A stretch of 48,547 bases of DNA. It comes from Reticulomyxa filosa (taxonomy: Eukaryota > Protista > Foraminifera). Each line of letters begins with the position of its first letter. Within the stretch, counting starts at the first letter, position 1. A model generated the notes under the pieces. That model saw only the letters and a program-made list of their open reading frames with translations. It had not been told where the DNA came from and made no database searches. This document shows, piece by piece, positions 35,905 through 47,900 of the stretch. The position numbers and the translations under genes were made by a program. Where the stretch lies: positions 1-48,547 of the forward strand of contig ASPP01020001.1 in assembly GCA_000512085.1 (NCBI GenBank), in the 5' to 3' direction.

Positions 35905-38617
35905 ATGACAACACCAGAAACAAAAGATTTTGGAAGAATAGAGAAAGATTTTGAACTTGTATTGAGTAATTTGCTTGCAAACCAGTCATTGGAACGATTT
36001 CGAGAAGAATTTGAAAAATTGCATGATGCATTAAAAAGATCACATGAAAATGAAAAGAAATTAATACAAAAAAGCAACGAATTAAATAATGAATTAATCA
36101 GTAACGCGACAAAAGTAGGTGCAGCTATACAACAACGCACTGAAGATCAAAACACTGTTGAAAAGTTGAAATCAGAACTCGAAAGAGCATGGAAAATGGT
36201 GGAAGCAGCAGAAACAAAAGAAAAGAAAATCCAACAAGAAATAGAAGCGTTAAAAAATGAGATGGACCATTCAAAAATAAAACTGCAATTGATGAGAATG
36301 AGGACACAACAGTGCGTGGGCTATTGAAGGCAAAAGAAGAATTAATAAAAGAGTGTGAAAAACATACCAAACTGATCGAAAAGCAGCAAGCTGATATCAA
36401 CGCAGTGACCCACGAATTAAATCAAGTATTATCAACCAACAAAAATGATGAACAAAAAATGAACGCTTTGAAAGCAGAAATTCAAAAATTAAAACATGAA
36501 AATGAAAGATGTCAACGAAGGATAGAAAAATCAGAAAAACAGTTATTAGACTTCAAAAAATTGAACGACGACCTGGGGAGCCGAAACAAAAGTATGCAAA
36601 ACGAGAATTTATCATTGAAAGAAGAATCTGAAAAGATAACATCACAGACTAAAACCAAAGACACTAAAATTCACAATCTAATGAGTGAGTTCAATGAATT
36701 GAAAGTGCAAAGTAGTGAGTTGATGGAACAACTGGAATTGATGAAAGACGATGTTATTCAATCCAATAAAAGCAAAAAAAGTTTGATGCAACAATTAAAA
36801 CAAGAAAAGATAGAAAAGTTATCGTCGCAAAATGAGGTCGCATCTCTTAAAAAAAAGTTGGAAAATCAATTGCAAAATAAGCATGAATTATTAACTAAAA
36901 CACAAACACTTGTAAATGAAAAGACAAAATTGAGAGATTTGTTGAATGTGTTGAAAGAAGAAATGAGCAATCATTTGCAAAAAGAAATGGCCAAAGACTC
37001 AAATAAAATCAAAGAGTTTCAAATTGAATTAAACAATCTCGGCACACATTTGAAAATGTTTGCAAAAACAAATGAAACATTGTCTTCTGAAAATGAAGCA
37101 TTACAAGTGAAAAACAAAGAACTTGTCAACGAATTAAATAAATATAAGTCCAATGTCAGCGATTTAACCAAAGAAAATAAAACACTATTACAAAAATGTG
37201 AAAAGTGTTTAAATGATTGGAATGGACTGAATCACAAAACATCAAAAATAAACAAAGAGTTTGAAATCTTAAAATTGGAAAAAAAGATGTTAGTAATGCA
37301 TTAACAGAAGAAATTAATCGACACAAAACTAAAGATGTTATGTTCGAAAATGTCAAAAATGAAAGAAATGTGCTGTCGAATAATTTGAGTGAATGCAAAG
37401 ATGAAATGAGCGAAATGAAACGTAAATTTAAAATGCAGTCACACATCGTAACTCAATTAAAAGATGAAATAGGCTCCAAAGAAAAATTGATTTTAAAGCA
37501 ACATTTTGAGAACAAATACTTGACTGAAAATGTCAGCTCTTTAAATAAAAAGTGTGAAAAGCAATCGGAAGTTATCAGTAAATGTGATCAGCTGCTGAGC
37601 GCCAAGTCTGACGAAATTAACATTTTGAGGAATGCTATCAACGAATTTCAACTAAATAATAAAAAACAAAAACAAGTTGCCCATTTCTGTCTTTTTTCCT
37701 TCTTGTGTTGTATTGTAGCAAGCATTTGTTATGTCTAATATCAACAAAAAAAAATTCTTTGTCCCTTCCACTTAAAAGCTTTGTGTGCAAAAAATATTTG
37801 CCAATAAAAGGTATTCAACAGTATTGTTACTGAAAGAGATATTTTATCCACACAACTAATCCGCCGAAATGATGAAATGGCACTTTGTTTAGATAAAATA
37901 AAATTGCTTGAAAACTTGATGAAACAAGGAGAAGTTCAATATATGGACAAAGCAAACGAACTAAAAGTAGCAAAAATTAATAACAAAAATTTAACTAATA
38001 AATTAGCTTCATGTGAAAAACAACTAAATAATCTGAAACAATTGAAAATAGAATACAATTTGTTACAAAATCAATTATTAAATGAAAAGTCAAAAGTAAA
38101 AGCACTTAGTGAAGAGCTGGAAAATCCAATTAATGTTCATAGGTGGCGACAAATTAGTGGCAAAGACTTGAGTAATTTTGAAATGATCCACAAAATTCAT
38201 ATGTTACAAAAAAAGCTAATTGAAAAATCAGAAGAAGCGGTTTCTTTGAATTTAATGTTTAAAGAAAAAGAAAAAATGTGCACAGAATTAAAAAATATGC
38301 TCAACAAACAGCCAGGAGCAGAACTGTTGCATCAACTTAGTTCTTGTCAAATGGATATCAAAACAAGAAATAAAAAAATTAAAGCACTACATGCCGAATT
38401 AAACATGTTGCAAACTCAAATAAATCAACTAAAGTTTGAAAATGACAAATTAAAAAAAGATCTTTCCGACATTAAAAAGAAATATTTTCAGTTCAAAAAA
38501 GCTGCCCAATTGGCAAAAGAGCCCATAGAAACATATTCTATTTCTGGTGACCCAAATAATGAAAACATAAACAGTTACAATAACACCGAAGCTAATGAAT
38601 TGAGCATTACTGTCTAA
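35905..38617 (+). CDS. CFAP58: Cilia- and flagella-associated protein 58-like coiled-coil protein
   Basis: LERFREEFEKLHDALKRSHENEKKL, EMKRKFKM, ERDILSTQLIRRNDE, KALSEELENP.NVHRWR, QPG.E. One intron 37676-37810; frameshifts at 36273-36277 and 37279-37285. Confidence 0.9.
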
Positions 38618-39003
38618 TTCCATCATTTTCTGGCAATTCTTTCATGCTTTCCGTGTTTCCTTTGAAACAAAATTGTCTCATCAATTGATTACATCTAAAG
38701 TGTGTACATATATTCTTTGTAGAAGTATTAATGCACAAAATAATTAAGCTTAAGTAAGTATTACCAATTTTAAAGTGTCTTAATCAAACATACTGTTTCA
38801 TTTGAGATTTAATGCAAAAAAACACAGTGCAGAGGCATAAAGTTTATTTGTATGAAATGAAAAGTAAACGCACTCCCATGTTGAATTAAAATTCTATCGA
38901 ATGTAAAACATCAAAACAAGTGAAGTTTACAAAGTTGTTCAAAAGGTTTTCAAAATTTTTGTAAAAAAAGTTGATCTTGCTCAATAAACTAAGAACGAGT
39001 TGA

Positions 39004-39664
39004 ATGGAAATAGATGACGATGCTCCACCAAAATTGAGCGGTGACACGGATGTAATATTCAATTTTGCACATCAATGTTTTTTTGGTGTATATAATTCTT
39101 TTTTTTCCTTTGTTCTGATAAGCACAGCCAAGCAAAAGTAGAGACAACATCCAATCTGCCAGAAAAGGCACAAAATATTTTAAAAATGACTGTTTGGTAT
39201 TTTCTTGCTTCTGTATTGATTAGCTTCACTTGAGCAAGCGTACGAGTTTGTTCTCTGTTTCTCTGTTGTAAGACAGTGGCAAGAGTAATGTATGGATGTT
39301 TTGATGATGAAAATCCATTGGAAGAATCAATGGAGTTGATGGAATCTATCCTTGTGCAGTTCATTCACAAAATGGTGAGTGGTTGACACTTTTAGAGATG
39401 CTTTGTTATGCATGTTGTTTATCTCTCCTTTCTACTGCTGTGGAGGCATTCAAAAATTAAATGTGATATATTTAATAGACTTGCCAAGCACAAGAACTTG
39501 CAAATATGAACAAACGCAACGTGTATGAAGGGGATCTAATGTTTCTGATCCGAAAAGACCGCAAAAAGTTTCAACGAATTAACGAATTGCTCAACTTTCA
39601 TGAAAACTTAAAAAAGCTTCGTAAAAACGATTATCAAACCATACAGGAATTGGAAAAAGATTGA
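39004..39664 (+). CDS. TAF13: TFIID subunit TAF13 (histone fold); absent from the ORF track because its exons are short
   Basis: Four exons give ..VARVMYGCFDDENPLEESMELMESILVQFIHKM|TCQAQELA..DLMFLIRKDRKKFQRINELL, matching the TAF13 pattern MYGFGDD.NP..ES..L..L..FI..M..FLIRKD.RK..R..LL. Confidence 0.88.
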
Positions 39665-40130
39665 CCTTGCAAATGCCTTTTTTGTTTTTTAATTCGAATC
39701 ACTCTAACTGTCTGCTGTCTTTGTGACTGAATCGAAAAGAACAAAGAGATCACCAAAAGTTCGTTTTCTCTGCTTATTTATTTCTCAAGTTTCTTCGATT
39801 TTCTTTGTGTTTTCGTTCTAAGCTAGAAGTCTACATCACATCATTCCTTTTGTAGCTTTTAAAAAAATATCTTTACACAATTTGGACAAAAAACAAAGCG
39901 TTTTTTATTATATTTTTTTCAATCGAGTATATTCGGTCAGTGTCATTTGTTTCGAAAAATATCCAGCAAAGTTGTCAAAATTATTTCTGGAGTGGGTCTT
40001 ACAAGAAAATCTTAAACAATATAAGCAGTTTTGGTGCTTCTCTCACAAGTTTTGTTGGACAGTTTTGAACAATCACCTTTTAATATTTTGAGATTGTAGG
40101 CGCTGTTCCTCCTCAAAAAGACAATCAGCA

Positions 40131-41526
40131 ATGGTACCAACCATCTATCTTTTCTTTTTTTAATAACAATAACAATAAGATGATTTGTTGGTGTGCAGTC
40201 GAACGCAGGTGGAAAGAAAAAAAAGCAAGGCCAAGGCAAAGCACAACCCGACAAAGCACAGCAACCCAAAAAAGAACAACCTAAACAAGAGCAACCAAAA
40301 AAACAACCCCAACCAAAAAAGACCGCCTCTAAACCAGAGCAAAAAAAGCCAAACCCAAAGCAAAACCAAAAGAAACAGCAAAAAAAGGCACGCCGCGAAA
40401 AGGTGAGCGATAAAGCCTCTGGACAAAAACAGAAGAAATCTTCTGCTTCTGCGCAAAAGTTGGCAAAAGATAGGTTGCAAGTTATCATCCGCTCCAAATA
40501 TCAAAATCCAACGGCATCTTCCAAACCAACAATTTTGGAATCAAAAATATGTGAATACTTGGTCGATTTGGAAGCTTCCGACAAAGATTTGAAAGTTATC
40601 TTTTTTTTTTCTCTTCCCTCTCCCAACACAACGCAAAAAAAAAAAAAATTGCACACAAGAGTTTTCATTCAAGTCAAACCTCTTCTCGCATTTTTTTTTT
40701 TGAAAAGTGAAATATTCCCATGAGGGAACAAAGAAGATGTATTTTAGAATATTGAATCAAGGTGTATGTTTTTTTTGTGTGCGTGTACTTTGGGGGATTT
40801 GCGCCGGGGCGAACATAAAAAAAAAGCTGTTGTTGCGAGATTTGGGTATCGTGGCGGTGCGTGAACAGACTATTACTGCAACAAAAAAGGCCATCATCAT
40901 TTTTGTCCCATTTCGCCAATTGAGTCGCTGGCAAAAAATTCAAAGCCGTGTCGCTGTTGAATTGGAAAAGAAATTTTCTGGACAAGATGTGTTGTTCTTG
41001 GCACAAAGAAAAGTAATGAAATTGCATGTTAAGTAAAACTAATTCAATTCACCGTTTAGAAACCTTGCTCTCTCAATTTTCTTAAAAAAACCAACTAACT
41101 AAATGTGCGAAACACCGTTGGAGGGGAAAAAATTAACAATACACCCACATAAAAAAATTGTATTTTTTTGGTGTAGGACATAAAAAACAACTATCCCAGA
41201 CCAAGAAACCAAACAATTACTAGCGTCCACGAATCTATTTTGAATGATCTTGTTTATCCAACAAAAATCACTGGCAAACGTCTTCGTTTCCGAGTCGGTG
41301 GAAAGCGAATTCTTAAAGTGTATGTCTCTTTTTTTATTTGCTCACTGTATGCTTTTTCTCGATATTTACTTAGGAGATAATGTACGATTTATCATTTTGC
41401 TCTTTTAGGTATTTGGATCCAAAAAATTCAAAAGAAATCGAACCAAAATTGCAAACATATGAAGTTGTTTACAAAAAATTAACCAAGAAACTTGTTAACT
41501 TCGTCTTCCCTCGCTTTGTTATTTAG
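40131..41526 (+). CDS. RPS7: 40S ribosomal protein eS7 with N-terminal K/Q/P-rich extension
   Basis: KKAIIIFVPF.QL..WQKIQ.R...ELEKKFSG.DV.FLAQR, RPRNQTITSVHESILNDLVYP..I.GKRLR, KV|YLDPK, VYKKLT.K; intron directly after the ATG. Confidence 0.95.
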
Positions 41527-41878
41527 GTAAAAGTAAACACATTAGTTGTCAGGGTCGGTGTTCCATTTTTGTTGCTTCATTGCTAATTTTGTTGATTTAA
41601 ATTTCCTGTCAGGAATGTGTGAAAAATTCCTTCACTTTTTTGAAGGTCTTTAAACGACTTCAACTCTTGCACTTTATTCTTCTAAATATTAAAAAAGCTA
41701 AGTCACTGTTATTCTTTATCAATGTTGCCAACCTTTTTTTTAAAATATTTGCTCAACAAACTAGCATAATACATTATACTAATGAAATTTTTGTCTAAAG
41801 TATGCTTGAGAGCCTACAGATATTCTATCTAATAGCAAAAAGGAAAAATAAATATTTTTTCAAAGATCGCGAAGAACT

Positions 41879-43648
41879 TTAATCAGTGTTATTCTTGAAT
41901 GGTTTCCAATCAAACTTTGTACCGATCATTCGAAACAATTTTTGATTAAGTGGAGAATAAAAATTGATCAAGTATTGAGTGATAAGATCACTTTGTTTGT
42001 TAGTCTTTTTAATTTATCATTTTTTGTGGTATTTAAAATATTGTATTTCTTGTGAATAATACCACCCCATTGAGTTTGGTTCAACCATTGACTTTCTGGA
42101 AGCTGTAAAAACTGTTCGATTTGTGTCATGATGTAGATCGGATTATTGAAAAATTCTTCGCTGGGTAATATCAACAAACTTTTGTTTATTTCAAAGAAGT
42201 GAAGCCAAGGAGTTACATAATTGGCATAAAGTCCAAGTTTCAGAAGCGAGTGTAGCTTTTGAAAAAGCGTGTGCTCGGTACAATGTTCTTTTAAGGTCAA
42301 GCTTTCACTCTCTCCAAGTGTAGCATCAGCGAGGTTATATGCAGGATACGTCTTCAAAGACAAAAATATCAAATCATCAAACGAATATCGAACAAGGCAA
42401 TGGCAATATGCCAAACGTGTTTGCGATCGGTGACCCTCCAAGACATTGGACATATTGCCATAATTTTTATTGTCAAACATATCAGGACTGTCTTTTTGTT
42501 TTCGTTTTGAAAGATAATTGCGCATTTGCCCCAAGCACAGTTGTAATTCCATACGAAGATGCGACAAAAAACGATCAACAGGATCACGTAGCAATAAGAT
42601 CAATCGAATAGAGTGGTTTGGATTTGCCAGAAAATGTTTCATGAAAAACGGCGCTTGAGGTTGACTGAAATAACTAGGACTAGCTTCAAAATATAAACTT
42701 TGTTCAAGTTCCGCAAATCTTTCTCCTTTTTGAAATACTTGCGAATACCATTCCAACATCAATGTGATGTTTTCTTTCGACAACACAAACAAATATTTCA
42801 TCCAAAAATGTTCAAAATATCTTATTTCCTTTAATCCAATTATTTTTCTTGTCAATCGATGAAGTACACGACCGTCCTTCATGAAGGTGATGTCTCTTTT
42901 TTTTCGTATTTATTTATCACCACATTTTCGAAACAAAATTTGATTTAATCAATTAAAACTCGATTTTACAAAAAAAAAATAATATTTTTTTGTAATTAAC
43001 TAATACAGTGCGATCGAACAAGCAAATGCATGCTCATGTATACATAACATATATTGTATACGTGCATTACGTATGCAATAAGAAAGACAAGACAAAAGAG
43101 GAGTAAACAAATAACCTATATTTTTTGCTGTAGTTTGTGAATGGATGATTATTTAAGCGCATTTTCAACATATGATACTTTTGTTGATTTCGACGGTAGT
43201 CATTATGCGTACTGTTAAGAGAACGGATTTGCCTTCGAAGCTGATTGTATTGCTGAACATCATTTTTGTATTGTTCGATTTGCATTCGAAGATCTCTTGG
43301 CAGTAGAAATGGTTTTTGGATCCCTTTCATTACAGGATGATATTTTAAATAGTGGTACAATGATGTCGTACCACATTTAAATCCACCTATTATTAGCAAG
43401 CTGGGCAAAGGCTTAATCACAGATTGTGTTTTCCACAACGCTTTCTTGTTTTTACGCAATTGCTCTTGCAACACGAATATCACACTTTGCGAAGATCGTT
43501 TGTTGCGCCCTGATGTAAATGTCAGATGTGCTCCGTCATTCTTCGGGAGTGTGTTAAGCTTACCGGACAAGACGCATATCGTTATTATACATACCAGTAA
43601 CACTACAATGAAAAAAATATATCGCTTTGATAGGAAACAACGTTTCAT
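41879..43648 (-). CDS. Type II membrane PAPS-dependent sulfotransferase, heparan-sulfate 3-O/N-sulfotransferase-like
   Basis: N-terminal TM anchor; 5'-PSB LPSLLIIGGFKCGTTSL, KEIRYF, EASPSY, 3'-PB LLLRDPVDRFLSH, GLY..Y...W. The C-terminal FYSPLNQKLF.MIG.KFDW is reached after a frameshift at 42006-42010. Confidence 0.88.
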
Positions 43649-44142
43649 CACACAATATTCAGTTGCAACAAGGACAGTCTGGGATTTCTTTTTCCATTTT
43701 TACTGGAAGAAACGTTCATCTGAAAAACAGTCTAGAAAATTTTCGTTGTCATGATGAAAAAATTTGGTGAAGTAATTTAATTAAACTAAGGAATGTAAAT
43801 AAGTAGGTATCGAGTGCTCGTATCCATTTGAAGTTTTAATTTGGCAAAAACAAACGATTGGCTAAGGCACAAATAATGTCCGCACAATAATTTTTTGGTG
43901 GTTCTTTTGAGTTGCTTTACAAAAACAATGCCGCGACAACAAAAATAGATGTATGAACGAAATGTTTTTAATTGTGTCATAAACTGAAAAAACAATTTTG
44001 CTCATAAAAACTTACGAGCAAATAATAAAAAGTTTCAAGTGAAAATAAGTCTTTTTGTTTGGCTTTAATTTTTTATGCAAAGCAAAGTTTTTTCATTTAT
44101 TTTTTAAATTGACGACAAGCAAACTCTCAATTGATGTTTTGA

Positions 44143-44784
44143 TTATTTTAATACGCTGGCAGGCGCAGAGAACTCCATGAAAAGAGGAGTTTGCAAGGTA
44201 GGTGGAACATGACTGCCAGTGGGCAACAATCCCAAACTGTCAAATTTCCACACTCCTATTCCAATACTGATCAAGTTCAAAAGCATAAACACGAGTTTTG
44301 GCAGATAAAGTTGAGATGGGTTGTCGGCATTTTCGTAACGTGCAAATGCGTTGTTCACGTTGATCAATGCAGAAATAGGGTTCCACATGGCCATCATTAT
44401 CATCATCAAAGAAAATATAGATATGACATTTCCGGACATGTACATCATTAGTGCTGTCATAAATATTTGTCGAAAAGGGCTTTTCGCAGTATCCCAAGCT
44501 TGTCTCAGCAAAATGTTGTTGCGATTGGCCTCTGAGTTACCACCCCCATTGGTTGCATTCGACGAATTATCGGTTTGTGCCGAAGAATCTTCAGAAAATT
44601 TTCCTCTTACATATCCTGGAGGAAAGTTCTCGTCGTCTCCTTTGTTTTCCGTGTTTGCGTAAGAGGCTTGGATCATTTCCAACGACGAGAAATGGGTAGT
44701 GGGATCATGTAATTGCAAATATTTTTCGTAATGTGAAAACTTTGTGCCATTTTCATGAAAGCGAAAGCGTCGACGAGACGACAT
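44143..44784 (-). CDS. EMC4: ER membrane protein complex subunit 4
   Basis: Intronless ORF; PPGY, AWDTAKSPFRQIFMTALMMYMSGN.ISIFSLMM, WKF.SLGLLPT. Confidence 0.93.
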   Translation of the reverse strand: MSSRRRFRFHENGTKFSHYEKYLQLHDPTTHFSSLEMIQASYANTENKGDDENFPPGYVRGKFSEDSSAQTDNSSNATNGGGNSEANRNNILLRQAWDTAKSPFRQIFMTALMMYMSGNVISIFSLMMIMMAMWNPISALINVNNAFARYENADNPSQLYLPKLVFMLLNLISIGIGVWKFDSLGLLPTGSHVPPTLQTPLFMEFSAPASVLK

Positions 44785-44996
44785 TTTGTGACGAACTATA
44801 TTGGAGTTTTTTTGAAGGGGGTTCTAAAATTCTTTGTTAACACACAAAGAGTTTGTATTTGATACAACTGTTACAAACTTGGTGTTGTCGTCTTTTTTTT
44901 CCAAAAGAAAAAAGTTTTTGAACACAAACTTTTTTTAAAGTTCTGTTGAATTGGCTAGTTACAACTAAGCAGACCAACAAGCGTTTTATCATTTTT
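44785..44996. promoter_or_regulatory. Very short divergent intergenic region, probable bidirectional promoter (EMC4 / eIF2-alpha kinase)
   Basis: About 210 bp between opposed start codons; depends on the inferred kinase ATG at 44997. Confidence 0.4.
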
Positions 44997-47900
44997 ATGT
45001 GGGGTGATTTTGTAGAGCTAAGTCAGGCGTCTAGTGCTTCATATGGCAGCTTTCACCATACATTGAAGTTGAACCACTCTTTTTTTTTTTTGTCTTGAAA
45101 AAGCTTTATGTTTGCTGATACGATAACGTGATGTTATTTTTGATATCACAGTAGTATTGATTCTGGCAAACCACATGAAGATGATCTGTTGGAAGGAGTG
45201 ATCAAATTTGTCCAAGAGAGTACCACTCCATCAATAACCGAAAATTCGCAAAGCCCAAGCAAGGCCGCCTTGGGTGATAACGGTAAGCATGGATAAAGTG
45301 AAAAAAAGATGGAAGGAATGGAGATGTATATGTAAAGCTGTTGTAACGTCCCCTCTGTGTATATACTTATATATGTACATGCACATATGAGAATGATGGG
45401 GGGGGAAACAGATTTAAATGCATTAGATCGAATGTCAATAGTGTCAAAAATGAAAGATGTAATAACGGAACAAATTAACAAGTGTGAACTGGGCGCACAA
45501 GAGAAGCTGCTTATAATATTGCTCCACAAAGTATGCGTGCACATTGACCCAACAAATAACACGTTCGTGGACATGTGTCTGAAGCTACAAGGCATGGGGA
45601 TGTTGTCCAACACCAGATTTCTGAATCTCAACTCATCACAAACGACAGAACAAGCGAACATGACCAATGCATCCACGTCTTTCTCTTCCTTCGACCATCC
45701 GACTTGCACATCTGCAAGCCAGGAAATTTCCAATGTCACAACTGATGATACCTTGGCGAATATCACTCCTTCAATTAACACAGTTTACGATTCCAACATC
45801 TTATCCATTGGATCATTGCAACTTGTTGTATACTCACAAAAAAAAAAAAAAAAGAGATTTCACTCTCTCTCTCTCTTCTCTCTGCTCTCTTTCTGAGTTT
45901 GAATGGGGAGTCAATCATTACGCAAATATACTGTGTGAGATAATGCTATTTGCTTGACTTTTGCGTGTATGAATATGCAGATCAAGTCCGATGAAAGATG
46001 CTTGAAACACAAAGAAACCAAGGAAGGAACATTGGAAACAGTGAGCCGAATCAATGGACTATGCATTGAACGAAAGGAAGAAAGTGCCAACAAGCAACAG
46101 TCGGATATTAAGAATAGCAATAATAACAAGAATTCGAATGATAAGAATGACAGCAATACTGGTAATGATAACAATATGGCAGTGGTGAGATTTTTTGATC
46201 CGAAAAGTGCTCCTTTTGGAAACTGCGGCATTAATAATGGAGAAAAGACACTATTTTGCAATCATGATTTCATGTCCCGCTATGGCAATGACTTTGAAGA
46301 AACATTTCCAGAGCCCATTGGAATTGGTGCCTTTGGCACGGTTCACAAAGTCCGACATCGGTTGGACGGACAAGTCTATGCTGTCAAAAAAATCTTGTTT
46401 TCGCACAAAGGATTCAATCCTCCCGTTCAACAGGTCTTCACTTCAAGTTCAATCAAAAAAAAAAAAAAAATCTTTTGTCCAATATTAAAACACACCTTTT
46501 TATCTATACTTATATACGTGCACATGAACAACGACATGTACATATTATGCTCTCTTCTTTTGTGGCGTGTCCAATAGGACTTGCTACGCGAAATACGGTC
46601 TTTGTCAAGGCTGAATCACCCAAACGTTGTCAGGTATTACACAGGATGGACAGAGCCTCTGATAATCACCAATGTGTCAAAGTCCAAGAGTAAGGTCTGC
46701 AATACTCAAACGAAAGCCAATACCAATACCAATACCAATATCAATATCAATATCAATACCAATACCAATATCAATGTCAATGTCAATGTTAATACTGACA
46801 GCGAGGACTCGCCCTACCAAATGAAAATGGACGACGAACGTGAGACTACACATAATATAATGAACAAGTGCAACTCTGATTCATGGCTTGGGAAGGCACA
46901 AGAGAGCACGACGGGATTGGATCGAGAATGGGAACTCCAAAAGTGCCGAAGACAAGACCCCTTCACTCCTGATCGGAGACAGCACATGCGTGAGAATGAC
47001 AACACATCCACCACCACTGCTGCTACACACAGACAAGTTGGAGAAATATTTCAGCAATGGCACGAACTGACACATTATTCTTGTTTATTTGTACAAACAG
47101 AATACTGTGGGCCTTGGACGTTGAAACATTTCTTACGTTGTCCAAAGCGAATCCATGCTAACAAAAACGTGGCCATGTCACTGTTTGCCCAAGTTACGTT
47201 GTTGCTTCGTTTATTTTTATTATTTTTTATTTTTTTAAATTTATTCATTCACTATTTACACACATTATTTTGCAGATTTTGATGGGCTTGACACATGTCC
47301 ATGGCAAAAATATCATCCATCGCGACTTGAAACCGGAAAACATTTTTGTGGTTCGGAATGAAAACATGTGGTCGGGCGAGTTTGATACGAATCAATCGCA
47401 AGACGAATTTGTGGAAGATCTTTGTCGCAATCCCCATTCTTATTCAATCAAGATTGGCGATTTTGGCTTGTCCAAATGTGTGTCTGCTTCCCATGTCAAA
47501 TACGCCGAAGATAGTGACGACTCCGAAATTGACGTACAGCTGCATACTGGCGGTGTTGGCACACAACTGTACACCGCACCGGAACTTTGTCAGAACCGCA
47601 CCAAGCCGGAACAAAATGAAAGCTTCATGGCGAAATATAATCAATCCGCCGATATTTACTCGTTGGGAGTTATTTTGCTGGAAATGGTTGGACCGCACTT
47701 TGATACGGAGTTTGAGAGGTACAAGGCAATACACGGCTTTATTCGCTCGAAACAGAGTGACAAAGAAACTGTATTGGAGAAAGAACAGCCGGAATATCAA
47801 ATTATACGTGCTATGACTGACGATACACCTAGTCGAAGACCTACTGCTTATGAACTGTTGAGCAACGATTTTGTCAAGTTATTTTGGATTCAAAACATTA

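Noticed and set aside
39170-39285. Possible frameshift in TAF13
   Set aside because: A phase-0 donor with the AAG acceptor keeps the frame without an indel.
40595-41177. Intronic snoRNAs in RPS7
   Set aside because: No convincing paired C/D boxes or H/ACA hairpins seen.
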